From Lama guanicoe (lineage: Eukaryota): a stretch of DNA of 64,000 nucleotides. The notes under the pieces are model-generated. The model had not been told where the DNA came from and searched no databases. It worked only from the letters and a program-made list of their open reading frames with translations. The translations under genes and the position numbers were made by a program. The DNA lies in NCBI GenBank assembly GCA_013239625.1, contig MU056050.1, forward strand, positions 3,768,084 through 3,832,083, given 5' to 3'. Each line of letters begins with the position of its first letter. The stretch's first letter is position 1. Of the stretch, positions 1 to 13,427 are shown one piece after another.

Positions 1-529
1 TTTTTAAATTGTTGCAAGGAATCACCTTTTAATTCTAGCTTCTATATTGTACAGTTTTAATAAATTGGCTAAGAGGAAAAGACCTTTGAGTAATATAAAG
101 TATGAACTTTGAATAATTTCTGAGAGAGAATGGTAAGTATGCAATTATCATATCAGAAATTAGGTAAGTCTTTTGTGGTCAGGCAGAGGCATAAACTGGT
201 GGCAGATGTGGAAGTACCATATAGTTCAGAGACCAGTGAAAAGGGATTGTCTGATATTTGTTTTTTGATGTATAGTGTATATGCTTAAATTGATACTCAG
301 CAAACTGTATATAATTTATTATGTAGTTAATGATTTTGTTCTTAAATTTTTGTGATTTTTATGAAGCTTTGAATTTAAAGTAGCAATTTATGTTTTAAGA
401 AGACGTTTAGATTGGATGGACTCAAGTGCCATTTTAGTTAAAGTTCTATGGATTGTAAGAATAACTCCTAAGTGGAGCTTGTTCCTATTTGGGTGAACCA
501 CTTTTAAGAAAGTCTTTGCCAATAAATGA

Positions 530-690
530 TTCAGGTAACAACTGCCTGAAAATTTAAGTACTCCTGTGTTTTCCTTTGGAAAATGGGATGATTAATATTG
601 GCTCATTTTTTTAGGTATATATGAGCAATCATTAATAAAAATTATTATAGGTACTTGATAAAATACTAAATCTGTACAAATGTTTGTTCA
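530..690 (+). mobile_element. MIR SINE fragment (highly decayed)
   Basis: Core-like 'gtgttttcctttggaaaatgggatgattaata' followed by MIR-like 3' sequence. Confidence 0.5.
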
Positions 691-2044
691 ACAAGAATAA
701 CAATAGTGACAGTACTTTGCATCCTACCAAATGCCCCCATTTCAATGAAGCAAGTTCTCTCCTTCAAGCTTCTATGTAATTTATTGCCAACAGCAAAAAG
801 TATCTCAGTTTACCTACGCTCACTGCTGCTAATGTTTTTAACTCATTACCACAAAAAGTATTCTGAAAGAACTTTGATAACTAAAGGAAGTAAACGTGAA
901 ATCCAGTTCTTTTTTATAATTCTTTTACCACTACTACATCTCTCCTACTTACAAAAAACAGATACTAGTATTTCTGTGAACTCTTCAGAAGTGCTAAAGA
1001 TAGGGAAAAATAAATCTCTTGGACTCTAAATTCCTCTGGCACTTCTACCCCAGTCTCATTTTCATTCTCATCTTAAATAAAAACAGAGCTTTTAATTTTA
1101 AAAGAAATTATAACAGATGAATTTATTTTGCATTTCTCAGGAGTCTTTATCATGACTGATAGAGGAATGTACATTGTTAAGATTCTAGAAAAGAGACTTC
1201 GTAACTAGGTAAAACAATAGAGCAGAAAGGCTGAGTGATTTAAGGGTGGATTAAGTGTAATTCAGTGTATGAACCAGAGATCCCCCAGGATTTACAATCC
1301 CTTAACCCAAATATCTACCTATAAGCTTCTCTTAAGTTGCCTTTCTTGGAAATCTGTATACCCTCTATAAATTCAGCTTTTTCTTTGGAGGAGTTAGGAC
1401 CAGAGTCACCTTCTTACAAAAAATAGACTGAGTAAATGCCTAGGACTGTAAAATACTAAGCTTTGTAAGAGAGGTCCACATTTTGTCTCTGTCCTTCTTG
1501 TCAGTATGATTTTACAGTTAGCAAACTTATCTTCAGTTGTTGTCACTGCCTTCCTTTCTGTATTCTTCTCTATATTGGATCATGATGATTATTTTTATTC
1601 TTCTTTCTGTTCCTTTTCCTTCTCTTCTTTCTATGAATTTTGTAGTGGTCATATCTATTGCATAACATAGCAATGGACCCTGCAGTGGATTAGTATTGTT
1701 ATATGTGTCAGTAGCTACAATACAGGCTTTTATTCCTTTGCAAAAGTTAGGGAGAGTTGTCCTGCTTTCCCTCCTTTCTGTTCTCACTGGTCTTTCATTG
1801 TCTTTCGTAAAATCTTGTCCCTTTCTCCTGTTTATATATAATAAGGGGACTCAGTGATCATTTTGGTAATATGTTTCAGTGACTGGCCCTTCTATGATTG
1901 ATACGATGTTTCCTTTTGGAAGAAATGCACACATAAAAATGGAGAGGAGAGCAGAGAACTTCCTTCAAGCTACTAGATTATTACTGCTATTACTATTACT
2001 ATTACTAATAAAAATGAGAGCAGCAGCAGTACTAGTGGTAATAG

Positions 2045-2083
2045 TAAGTACCTACTAAGTAAGTACCTACTAAATAAGTACTA
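2045..2083. repeat. 15-bp tandem duplication (about 2.5 copies)
   Basis: taagtacctactaag / taagtacctactaaa / taagtacta. Confidence 0.85.
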
Positions 2084-3311
2084 TCTGTTGAGCCATACTG
2101 CAATCTGTGGCCTGTCATAACAACTTCACATACTCTATTTCAATTTTTAAAGCCTTACAAATGCAGATTAATTTAAATGATTCAGTGTTATTCAAAGAAA
2201 ATGTGCTTTTAGTAAAAAAGTGAAACTTGAGAACTCATATTGATATCCTATTATTTTCAGCAAACATTCTTAGTACTCATCCTGGCATAGTTTGGATGAG
2301 GTTAAATTAGCATGCCAGCATTTTACTGTAGCCTTACTGTCTTCCTTGAGACCATTAGAGACCATACTGCCTCATAATGAGGTCTTTGGTGTTTCAGTCT
2401 GTATTTGGTTGGAAGTGGAAGTTTCTATATAGCAAATCTTATTATGGTGATGATTTAGTGTGTTAATCAATGAGGAGGACAGTGTAAACTTTTCTATTAC
2501 ATGAAAATGAGATATAAAGATTTCTTCCATTTTGCATATGTAAGAATGAAGGACTAAAAATGTACAGTATGAGAGTTCCAGGGATGTTTAAAAGTGAGGT
2601 GCGTCAAGGCTGGTGTAGTATTTTATATCATTGCTCAACTGTCACTTTGTCAGTTGCATTTACCTTTTTCAAACCTGTTCATGGTTCACTTTTGAATAAA
2701 TAAAACAGCTGAAGGGAAAGAAAAAGGTCCAACTTTCTGATTTGTCAGCTTGAAAAATGATGTGGGCAATCAAAATGGATGGAGGAGTATATTTTAAGTA
2801 GCATATGTTTGGGAGAGTAATTATCTGCATTTTTTTCAGATTTGTTTATAGATAGGCAATGCTATGCCTCTGTATATTTAAAAGCATTTTTTGTTTGGTT
2901 TCTAAACTCCTAGCAATGGTTATGATTCTAGCAATAGTAAAACACCAAATGCTTTCAAATTGATTACTAGTCTGGTGGGGATTAGAAATAATCACAATGC
3001 CTAAAAAGAAAGGGAAGAGTAGGAGAGGAAGCACCCTGTATTGTATGAACAAGGCTTCTTTCATAAGGAAGAGTTTCTTTAGAGTCACTAGTAAAACCTA
3101 TTAAAAGATTAAATTTTGAAAACTGGTTTCAAAATGTGTTTAAGAAACTCTCACACTTGAATAATCTACTTATACAAATGAACCTACATCCATTGAAACA
3201 TGGAAGTATATTACTTTGGTGTTCTCCATTATTTACCAACTAATTCAAGTTATTTTTCCTTCTTTTTTGTGAATTCATATACCTGATATATCTAGGATTG
3301 AGATCCTTACT

Positions 3312-3872
3312 TGTATAAGTTATGTATCATTGCATAACAAATTAACCCCAAACTTGGTGGCTTGAAACAACACACAGTTGTTATCTCACACTTTCTTTGA
3401 GTCAGGAATTTGGGAGAAGCTTAGCTGCCTGAGTCTAGCTCAGGGTCTTCCATGAGGTTACAGCCAAGGTGTCTGCCAGGACTGCAGTCATCTGAAGAAT
3501 TGATTGAGAGGGTAAGAGGATTCACTTCTAATCTCACTTACATGGTTGTTAGTAGGAGTCCTCAAGTTCCTCACTGGCTGAAGGCCTCCGTTCCTTACCA
3601 TGTGGGTCTCGGGATAAGTGAGTGTCTTCATGACTTAGCATCTGGTATGCTCCAGAATGAGGAATGGGAGGGAGAGAGAGATACACATAGAGAGAGAAGG
3701 GCTAAGAGAGAGAGAGAGAGAGAGGGAAGAAGTCTAAGTGCTTTTTGTGAGCTAATCTCTAAAGTCACACATTTTATTCTGTTTATTTCACACTTGAGGG
3801 ATGGGAATTAGACTCTGCTTCTTGAAGTGAGGAGTATCAAAGAATTTATGTACATATCTTAAAACCACCACA
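3312..3872 (-). mobile_element. MaLR solo LTR (MLT1F-like)
   Basis: TG...CA ends; 'gcataacaaattaaccccaaaacttggtggcttgaaacaac' and 'ctcagggtcttccatgaggttacagccaagg' match the reverse of an MLT1 LTR; internal GA-rich tract at about 3670-3725. Confidence 0.85.
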
Positions 3873-4954
3873 TTGTTGGTCACTTATTCCTCTTGGTCAT
3901 TCCTCATAGTCACTAAGAAAGCCACTTGGATGTGTGATTTTTGTTTCTCTGTGGCTTCGGTGGCATTTATGGTAGTAGGTACCTGTAGATTTTTCCTACA
4001 GTCTCTTTAATATCTTAATATTATTGTATACTTTATTAACAAGGCTTCCATGTAGGCTTTCTTGAATTTTCACTGCCACATTCAAAGCAGTTATCTGTAT
4101 CTATTTTCCAGGAAACATTTTATCCATTCTAGGTTTGGTTCCTAACATGTGTGCTGAATATGACATTTCCTCAGCCCTATGAGTGGTTTTCTGTCTCATT
4201 AACATCTTTTATGATACCACTATGGATTGGACCTTGGTATTATGCAGGAGGCTATTATATATGGCACAAAAGTAGAGCACTGAACTTGTAGTAATTAGTT
4301 CTGTAAATAAATGTGTAATTAAATTGTAATTATTATTTTATGACAACATAAAAACATACTGTGAATAGTTGTTTGGCTTACATAATCCAGAAAAACTATA
4401 AAAATCACATAAATTTTGCCTGGAATGGAACATGGGGAATGTGTTGTCCAATCTCTTTAATTTAAAGATGTGTAAACTAACTTATTTTCTGTAATAAAGA
4501 ACTTTGTGGATTATAGCAGAACATTTTGTGCACATAGGAAAGCAATAAATAATTTTTAACTAGGTGAAGATAATGCCAAATTTCAGATTGTCAGCAAGGC
4601 TTAGGATAAAGCCACTGATATTGGCCACAGTGTCTTTTTTTAGATGGCTCTTACTATTTTCAATGTGATTAAGGGATATAATTCTTATTTAGCTAACCTA
4701 TTGTACAATTCACCAATTGTTTTTGACTTGAAAGATGGCAATACTATGGTTGTTTTGCATTTAAGAATTAGTCTACTGTTTAAAGTGTTTTCATATATGC
4801 TATCTGATTTTCTTTTCACAAAGATCTTGAGCAATAGAAGAAAGTCTAAGATATATTTTTTACATTAGAAAACAGAGGTCCAGTTAGGTGACCTTAGCAT
4901 TTGTTCTTTCCACTAGTCCATGCTTCCCTCTTTGTCCATAATTTATATATAGTA

Positions 4955-5570
4955 TATTTACTGATTTATATCCTGTCTTATTCCCAAAAGGATTTAAGAT
5001 GGCTTATAAAATTCATACAGCACAAAAGGATTGAAACAAAATGTAAGGAAGATCAATCAGGGTGAAATAAAAATAAACATAGAAAAATAAAATAAAGCCA
5101 AGAGTGATATAAATACACAAAATTAGTGCCATAATGTTGGTGTACCTGCTAGAAGTTGGCCATTTAGCTCTGAGATTTCTAACATTTACTACAAAGGTAG
5201 ACACATGATTCACAATAAACAAAAGATGAAAATAAGCAAGTTTTGTAAAGGAAATGAAATTATGTCTAGTACTGAGACATAAGAGAAAATTTCCCAGTGC
5301 AATTGTTATAAGAAAAATGTTGTTTAACATGATGAACAATGTCCTCAACATAGCTTTACAGTAAATACAATGAAATATTTCATAAAGATTTTTCCTTATA
5401 GGCTTCTTCAAGAGAAGACAATGACATCAATAAAAATTCTATGTGAGTCCTAAATAATATGATTTAAATGTAATCACTGCCTGCTGGTCTAGCTTAATCC
5501 AAGGACAAATTTTTGATAAATAGAGAATAAATGGTTTGCATAACTTTTAGGCAATCCTTTAAAAAGCCCC
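4955..5570 (-). mobile_element. L4 (RTE-X) LINE 3' fragment, tentative
   Basis: 'tatatcctgtcttattcccaaaaggatttaagatggcttata' resembles the reverse of the L4 3' terminus; extent is approximate. Confidence 0.5.
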
Positions 5571-6394
5571 CTAGTTCACTTAATTTTTAAAATAAATAAT
5601 TGATTTGGAATAAGTCTGAGGTATATAACATGAATTGTAGTAATGGTTAAGTACAGACCTATAATCTTTAGGCATCAATAGGGCATCGAAATGACTTCCT
5701 ACCAAGTAAAGAAGTGTAATGAGAGTTCATGTTTGAAAAAAAGACCCTTTCACCTTTGCAGAGGTAGGTTGAGAGTTACAAGGTTAATATGTTCTGCTTT
5801 GGGTTGTGCATTGGCACACAGTTAAACAAATACCCAAAGTCCTAAAGTTTGATGCCACATACATTCTTATCTGGAAGAAGAGAAGCTCAGTATATCATCT
5901 ATTTACATCTAAAATCAAGCACTGTAACTCTCTAGTTAGCCTTCTAGTATGAGCTGGTTGCAAAATATACAGCAAGGGGTCAAAATAAGTTACTGTATGA
6001 GATAGTTTTATTATAAATCAGTTAAATGTTAGGGGATATTTACTAAAAATTATAACTATTTTTGGAGTATTGGAAACCATTCTTTCTGTCAACCATTAGC
6101 TAGCAGTGGCTCTTGTCTATTTAGCTCATATTTCATAAGTTTCCAGTCTTCTCTTTCTCTTCTGACATATCAGCTTACCCCTTTTCCTATATGACCTGTT
6201 CCATTAATGACACTCTGTTAATAATCTTTTTTTTTTTATAATCCAGTTGTCCTTACATTGTACCATCCTGTGTTAATAAATACAACTTTGGCTCAATCCA
6301 CCCATCTACATTTCTGAGTCTACAGAAGAGTGCTGAATGCTATTAAGAAAAAAAAAGATACAACTTTGCTAACTTGTCAATTTTAGAGTATGGT

Positions 6395-7030
6395 CTTGGG
6401 AAGAAGTGGGATCAGGATGGGGTATATAAGGTATTCAGAGCATTGGGAATGCTCTATTTCTTGATCTGTAAGCACTGATGTGTATAAATTTAATTTTTTC
6501 ATTATATATTTATGTTTAATTCACTTTTCTGTATAGATGATGTATTAATCAGGATTCTCCTGAGAAACACAACCACTAGTATGTATAAATATATAGGAAT
6601 AGCTTTATTTTAAGGAAGTGGCTCATGCAACTGGGGAGGCTTGGTTAGTCCAGAATCTGATGAGGGAGGCTGGCACACTGGAGACTCAGGGAAGAATTAC
6701 AGTTTGTCCAAAGGCAGTGAGGCTGAAAACCAAGGGAAGAGGTGATGTTGCAGGTTAAGTCTGAGGATAGTCTGCGAAGACAAGTTAGCCTTTTGTTCTG
6801 TTTAAGCTTTCAATTGATTGGATAAGACCCATTCACATTATGGAGGGCAGTTGGCTTTACTTAAAGTCCACTGATTTAAATGTGAATCTTACTGAGTGAA
6901 ACATCCAACCTGATATTTTCTCCCAGAAACATCCAAAATGATGTTTGACCAAATATCTGGGCACAGTGGCCCAGCCAAGTTGACAAATGAAATTAATCGC
7001 CACAGATGGTATATTTCACAATAAAATATT
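6395..7030 (+). mobile_element. Old L1M (L1ME/MC-type) 3' end, split by MLT2
   Basis: 'gggaatgctctatttcttgatctg...cacttttctgtata' continues after the LTR as 'tatatttcacaataaaa'. Confidence 0.7.
6541..7004 (-). mobile_element. ERVL solo LTR (MLT2)
   Basis: 'tgtattaatcaggattctcc...agaaac' to 'gcccagccaagttgacaaatgaaattaatcgccaca'; 5-bp TSD gatga (6536-6540) / gatgg (7005-7009). Confidence 0.9.
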
Positions 7031-7734
7031 TACATCAATTATTTCCTTCGTCAGAGAGACTTTTATTCCTGGCTAACAGTATTTCCCCATTTCCCCATTC
7101 ATTTCTCTTCCATTCTCTGCAACAAAAGCTTCAAAACTTTTTCATTGTCTTTAAACCTCTTAACCTTCCACAGTTGATTACCTCTTGCCTATTTCACAGA
7201 GAAAATGGACACCATTTAATTACCTCCCCCTCCTTATCTCACTGCTACCAAACCAAAAACTATGCCTACATCTACACCTATATTTTCCTCTTTCCCTTCT
7301 TTTACAGAGAAGGTGTATCCTTTCTCCTTTCTGAGGCTAACTATCTCACCTGTGAGCTGAGTCCCATCCTTACTTGTTGTAAGAATCTTGATCTATGTGT
7401 TATTCCCTCTGTGTTGTGTTGCCAATGTCTCTGCTTCGGTAGATTCATTCTAAGCTTCTGCCCTCATTAATGGACCTCGCGAACAAATCAAACTCCTCCC
7501 ATAAAGAGGTATTATCCTTGAAGGTTGTTGTTGCTGTTGTTGCATTGTTGTTTGCTTAGATCCCAAGAGGTTGTCTTTTCTTTTGTTACTTTATTTGCAT
7601 GTTACTTAATTTGCATGTTGCTTTACTGAACAGTCAAAGTGTTAAGCTTTTTATTTTGTTACCCCTCAGACCTTGACAGACTAGGTATTAGGGACAAGTT
7701 CCACCTTTTTGAGGCATAGAAGTGCTCAAAATAG

Positions 7735-7945
7735 ACCACTTTGATTCAGAATGCTGGTCCTTCTATTTTTATTTGTGAGAATTTGGGCAATTTATTCCTC
7801 CTGTTAAGTTTCCAGTTTTTCATCTGAAAATGGGTACACTAGATGTGCCTTCCTCATAGGGTTACTATAAGAGCTAAATGAGAGAAAAGAAAAATATGTA
7901 TAGTGTCTGACACAGTAAGCAATGAACACATCCTTATTATTATTT
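7735..7945 (+). mobile_element. MIR SINE
   Basis: 'ttgggcaattta...cagtttttcatctgaaaatggg...cctcatagggttactataagagctaaatgag...gtgtctgacacagtaagc'. Confidence 0.8.
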
Positions 7946-8139
7946 TCCAATATGGATAAAACCATTCTAAAATGATCAGCAGTCTTTTGCTATGAGGCAG
8001 GTGGTAGAAAAATCCTTATTGGATAATATTTCTCCTTACTTTCACAAATTAGTGTGGAGGATGGTGGCCTGTAATTCTGATAAACAAATTATCTGCAGCA
8101 TTTCAGTGATATTTTTACTGTACTATAAAATGTTACTAC

Positions 8140-8270
8140 TATTGTGCCACTGATTTGCTCTGTGACTTTAGACATATTTTATCAATCTTGACCACAGTCT
8201 CTTCATTTTCAAAATGTTGGAGATGGGCTAGATGCTTTCTGTGCTTTATTCTAAAGCCAATATGCTGTTC
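8140..8270 (+). mobile_element. MIR3/MIRc fragment
   Basis: 'gccactgatttgctctgtgactttagac...tcattttcaaaatg...gggctagatg'. Confidence 0.6.
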
Positions 8271-10433
8271 CTTTTATTCTTTAAAAAGTATATTTTAGTG
8301 TTAAGCAATTGTAGCATTTTCCTGATTTTTCTTAATAGTTTTTTTCTGTTGGCAATTTATTATTTTATGACCCTTCCTGCATACTATTTTATCATGTTTT
8401 ATCTTTTCCTCCTACAGTGAAATTTTCTCTCCTCCTTTGATTTAACCATTATTTCCAATCTATCATTTCACCTAATGTTCTCAGCTGTAACATCCAGACT
8501 TACCCCTTCCCAGGTTTTAACAGTTTGTCATGGTAACATGCATCTTAACCTTCCTCTCAGACTGTGGGAGTTCAGCCATTATTTATTCTATATTTTCTTG
8601 GATTTTGGTTGATAATCCAGAGGAATATCACACTAACTAGTAAGTGTCACAGAAAATAGATTTCAAGCCAAATTATATACAGTCCCAGTCTAATAGAATC
8701 CCTGTCTTCCTATATCCCCTTATTATAGCCTGTTCATTTGTAAAATGTAATAGTTAGTTGACTTTTGCTAGAATTGTTATTAAAATAAGCTGATAGATGT
8801 GTCCTATTTATGTTATAATGAACACTTATATATTATCAACTCAGTATTCTTCTGTTTTAAATCAAAATAACCTGAAAATGACAACTGCAACAAAGAAATA
8901 TGTTTATTTTTAGAATAATCTTCTATATTAATATTTATCAGAAATGAATAAACTTCAGATTCTACTACCAGTATTCTAAAAGTATATTAGTGCTAGACAG
9001 GATTGATTCCTTTTCTACAATCACTGAATATGCATGTGTATATTTTATTATGATCAGGTCACTTTCTGTCAAAGACACCCATCTCTCAATTATTTCGTAT
9101 TTTATTTTCTTAGGTCTTTGAATTCATTGTTTCAATTATCATTTGGTTAAGTTGCATCTGTCACATATTAATAAATCTATTAAGACAAAAATGCAATCAA
9201 TATGGTAATCAACTAACGCTGCTTTGGAGTCACTGCTTTCATGTAAGGCATTGTATTTCTAAAAGGCTCATATTAAAATGCAGATGTAGTATCTTGGAAA
9301 AATTATAGTTTGGCATTGATTAGTATGGATTGGTTATTTTGATTACCTGTCAGTGATCAAATGGAACATCTGCCGAGGGAAGCAGGGCCATGTAAGTTCT
9401 CGTTGTAGAACTTCGCCCAAGCAAGGGAGGGAAGAATGGAAACACTATAGTAAATTAGGATGCTAGGAATTGAGGAGCATTATGGATGCACCAAGTTTCC
9501 AGAGATAGAGTTGGATTACTATATGAGCTATACTCAGAGGTTTTGCTAAAGCCTTTTTTCCATTTTGAATTTACTTGTCTAAAACAAAAGCTCAGGCTAT
9601 TGTTTAATACTTCCTGCTGAAGGTCATTTGAAACTCATATCTCATCTGCTCAAATCACCAAATGTGAAATGGAGTCCTGAAATTTTTAAACTATTCCTAA
9701 GGTTGTTGTGTTTTTTAAGAACACAAATCACAGAGCCCATAAAACCTCAGTCAAAGACAGTGAGAACTGAAACCATCACATTCCAGATATTTTATCCAGA
9801 CCAGATACTTTTCATTGACAAGATAAGAGGTAAATATTTACCTAATAAGAAAAATTCATTATACCAATATTCAAACCTGTCTTTTCCTAATCAGGATGAT
9901 TTTTACTAAATGGTAAAAAAAAAAAAAAGCTCTGATGAGAGAAATTAGAAAAAGTCTGATATTAGTATACTATCCTCTCTGAGAGTCAGAAGCGCTAGAA
10001 CAAAGGGTGCCATTTAAAATCAAAATCATCAATGCTGATTACATGCCTTATGGTCATTATGGATAGTTAAAATTTTTACTTTTTTTTTTTACCTTTAAGA
10101 TAAGACATGTTATAATGGTTGTCATTAACTCTTTGCTATTTCACTATTCCTCTTCTTTGAAAATTTAAAATAGCCATGGGAAATCAAATAATCTTATCTC
10201 ATACCCTAACAAACAATAATATTGTTCATGTCCACCACTAAAATCACTTTGATGCATAAGGGCCAAGTGTCATTACATTAAAGTAGGAAAATAGACTTAG
10301 ATCATATAATTTTTAGAGCAATGTGTGCATTCATATATTGATTGCTTTAGTGTGAACTTAGTAACCTAATATTGTGGGAAGATGATGAGAGTTGAACAAG
10401 AATACCATGAACTTGTCTTACCAGAATTTAACT

Positions 10434-10627
10434 CAAGGTTTTTCAGTCTCAGCACTACTGATGTTTTGTGCCAGATTCTTTGTTGTAGGGGACAAACTTG
10501 TGCACTGTGGGATGCTTAGCAGTACTCATGGTCTTTACCCACATCTCCAATTGTGACAAACAAAAATTTCCACAGATACTGTCAAATATCTACTGGAGGC
10601 AAAATCTCCCCTAGTTGAGAACCACTG
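10434..10627 (-). mobile_element. MER20 hAT-Charlie non-autonomous DNA transposon
   Basis: Ends 'caaggtttttca' and 'ttgagaaccactg'; body matches the reverse of MER20; decayed 8-bp TSD atttaact / acttagct. Confidence 0.9.
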
Positions 10628-11564
10628 ACTTAGCTGATCCATTTTGAACCATCATCCAAACCCTCCCTTCACTATGGTGTCCTCTGCATATTATTTCTTC
10701 TGAATATTTAAAGTTACATTTTTATCACAGTATTTTTAAGTGGTCTTAGGCTGAATCACATGTGACTGTTTTCTCTCTCTACATAAATAGTGTATATAGA
10801 TTTAGATACTTTAGAAGACTTATTTTTTTAACTCCTTCATAATACATAATACACTGCTTTGTGTCAGATAGGATCATCAGAAATGTTGATTGACATTGAT
10901 AGCAGCTAGTCTTGGGTAATGTAGTGTTATTTCTCCCTGCTTAGTTCAGGGTATTTTACTATTCTGTTTGTTTAATAAATAAGATACTTCCTGAAAATGC
11001 AGCTCAGGCTGCAGTTCTATAAAGAACTTTTAGTTTATGGGGTCTTAAAATAGAAATAAATATACCTTAAATTGAGTTCAAAGTCTTTACTCTGAGAAAC
11101 TCCTGTGTCCTACATGCATTAAAAAAATCATGAATAAGTGAACTGTCGTGAGACAGCCACTAATCAATTTTCAGCTTATAAAAATAAAATAAAATATAAT
11201 AAAAAATCTTGCTCTGCTTTCTCTATTGATATAACCTGACCTTATCATGGATTCTTTAGCCATTTTAAAAGCTTTCAGTGCAAAGGGCTTGGCTTACCAT
11301 CTGGAGAGGAGAAAGCTGACAAGTTAATCAAGCAGAGTGATGATGTGGTGGCTACAATAAAAAAGGTCAAAATCATGTATTATTTCCTGAAATGTATCTA
11401 CTGATTTGATGATAATGTCAAGTTCTAATCTTAAAAGGCCATTTAATAGAGTACTAAAAGAATTTTTCTACGGGCAAAGAAATTTTGACCTCATAAAGTG
11501 AAGTCTCTGACCTATTACAGATGTTGATCTGAAGTCATTTTATCCTTTGTCAATTCATTTACTC

Positions 11565-11710
11565 CTTCATCCATCCATCTATCCATTCATTTGTCCATTC
11601 ATTCATTCAACATTTATTAGACACTTATTAGCACTGAACTACATACTAGGGAAATTGCTCAGGAAAATAAATCATGGTCACTACCCTTGAGAAGCATACT
11701 GTCTAGATCA
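11565..11710 (-). mobile_element. L2 3' end with (CATT/CATC)n tail
   Basis: 'ccattcattcattcaacatttatt...cacttatt...atggtcactacccttgagaagcatactgtctag'. Confidence 0.75.
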
Positions 11711-12158
11711 GTATTTCCCAATACATGTTCTGAAGAACAATGCTGTAAGATACTAGTTATTCACTCCATGTTATTGTTTTATTCCTTCTCTTCTGAATTT
11801 TCTGGAATAACTAAAAGGAATCTCAGTTTTCTAATATGCAGACTTGGAAAATGGAAGAGTTCAAAATGTCTGGTATAAAACAAAGAAGTTAGAATTCAAA
11901 TCTGGTGGTACTTCAGCAATTTAGTTGGATGGTGTCCCCCTCATGTAGGGTACAAAATTCACTTAGTGTAAATTAGTAAGTAAACATGACCTTACTGATA
12001 TAATCTGGGTAATTCATGTCTCAGAACAGACATGAACAGGTGTGGGCAATTGTAGGAAAATGGATTTTAAAAGAAATCTATCTTCTTTCTGAAAAGGAGG
12101 GCAAAGTTTGTGATTTGTAATATATTTCAGTCAGATTTCAAAGGTCCACTTTATACTT

Positions 12159-12252
12159 TTTATTTTATTATTTTTTGTATATATATATTTATTGAAGTAT
12201 AGTCAGTTTACAATGTTGTGTCAATTTCTGGTGTACAGCATAATGCTTCAGT
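12159..12252 (-). mobile_element. Severely 5'-truncated young L1 (cetartiodactyl/camelid-type 3' end)
   Basis: T-rich tail, TTTATT at 12188, 'gaagtatagtcagtttacaatgttgtgtcaatttctggtgtacagcat'; TSD cactttatactt (12147-12158) / cactttacgctt (12253-12264). Confidence 0.85.
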
Positions 12253-13427
12253 CACTTTACGCTTCTGAAAGTGGGAAAATGGGCCAAATTTTAATCAGTT
12301 ACAGTCATGATAAACATATCACTTTATAAAAGATAATAGTGGGGTGAGAAAAGTATTAGAAAATATATTATTTCTTTGTGTGAAAAATAATATTTCAGCA
12401 AGTGCTTATCAACTGGAATAGATTTGGAAGTAAAGTCATCATTTTGTCCTCTCATTAGGTTAGTAGTTCGTTTCCATTTTTATGTTTGTTGAGGTATACA
12501 AAACAAGTTAGCAGATTATTTCAATGTAATTTTAGGTATGAATTCATGTTTCACATAGGTGCATACACAAAACACTAAATCATTAATATTCTGGGTGGAT
12601 AAACTTCAAAAGTTCAGAAATTTCTTTCTCATTAGCAGTTAGATGAGCCTGAAATTCATTAGGAGTTTATCTAAATGGTTTCTTATCTGGAACAGTTGTA
12701 AACTCAGAATTTTTTTGTACACAGTGAATAAAAATAGAAAGTTTCCAGTTTTATGGAATTCTACTGGTGTTGGGGGAAAGCTAATGTTTGTAATCATACT
12801 AATTGATAATACTGAGTATTTATATAGCATTAGGCACTTCAAAAATAATACTCAAATTATTTCTGTTATGCTAGTTCTTATGGTGATTAAAAATAAATTT
12901 TTATATCTTCAATGATACCATAAACTATACCTGGTTGAAAAGAGTCTTATGGTTTAATTGTGTTCCTGCTTTCTAATTTGTAACACTGTTCCATCCTAGG
13001 AGTTCGTGGCTCTAAAGTCTAACCAATCAATTGTCATATATCTATAAGATTTCAGAATAATATAATAAACTACATGGAATTATGAAGAATAATTCATATT
13101 GTAACTTTAAAATTTCTGCCTCTTACTGACAAATGACCTTATCAAATAGAATAGAAGTAAAACAGACATTATATTCCTGTCACTCTTCCCAAAATATTAA
13201 TCTAGTGTATTAATATTCATATGTGAACATTTTTAGATGTAATTTGTTTTTCTTTAAGACTTCAAATTTATCTAATTGTGGATTTTACTTGTAGCAATGT
13301 TTTTGCACCAAAATCAATATATATAGGGTAAGGGAAATAAGACAACACTGGAACTGTCCTTGAAAATCTAGGGCCTGTGTTGATTATACTTACAGTGGGC
13401 TAGAGTATAATGAAAGTTGTACACTTT

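Larger units (their letters stand above)
6110..7500 (+). mobile_element. L2 LINE ORF2 fragment, interrupted by L1 and MLT2 at about 6395-7030
   Basis: Pyrimidine-rich L2 motifs 'gtgctgaatgctatt...caactttgctaac', 'cctatttcacagagaaaat' and 'ggctaactatctcacctgtg...gtcccatcc'. Confidence 0.65.

Noticed and set aside
9355..9408. Peptide 'EHLPREAGPCK' resembling a Kunitz-domain start
   Set aside because: It lacks the first cysteine and stops a few codons later; likely coincidence.
11333..11408. C/D-box snoRNA-like arrangement GTGATGA...CTGA
   Set aside because: Only a weak 4-bp terminal stem and no recognisable rRNA/snRNA guide; snoscan or Rfam would be needed.
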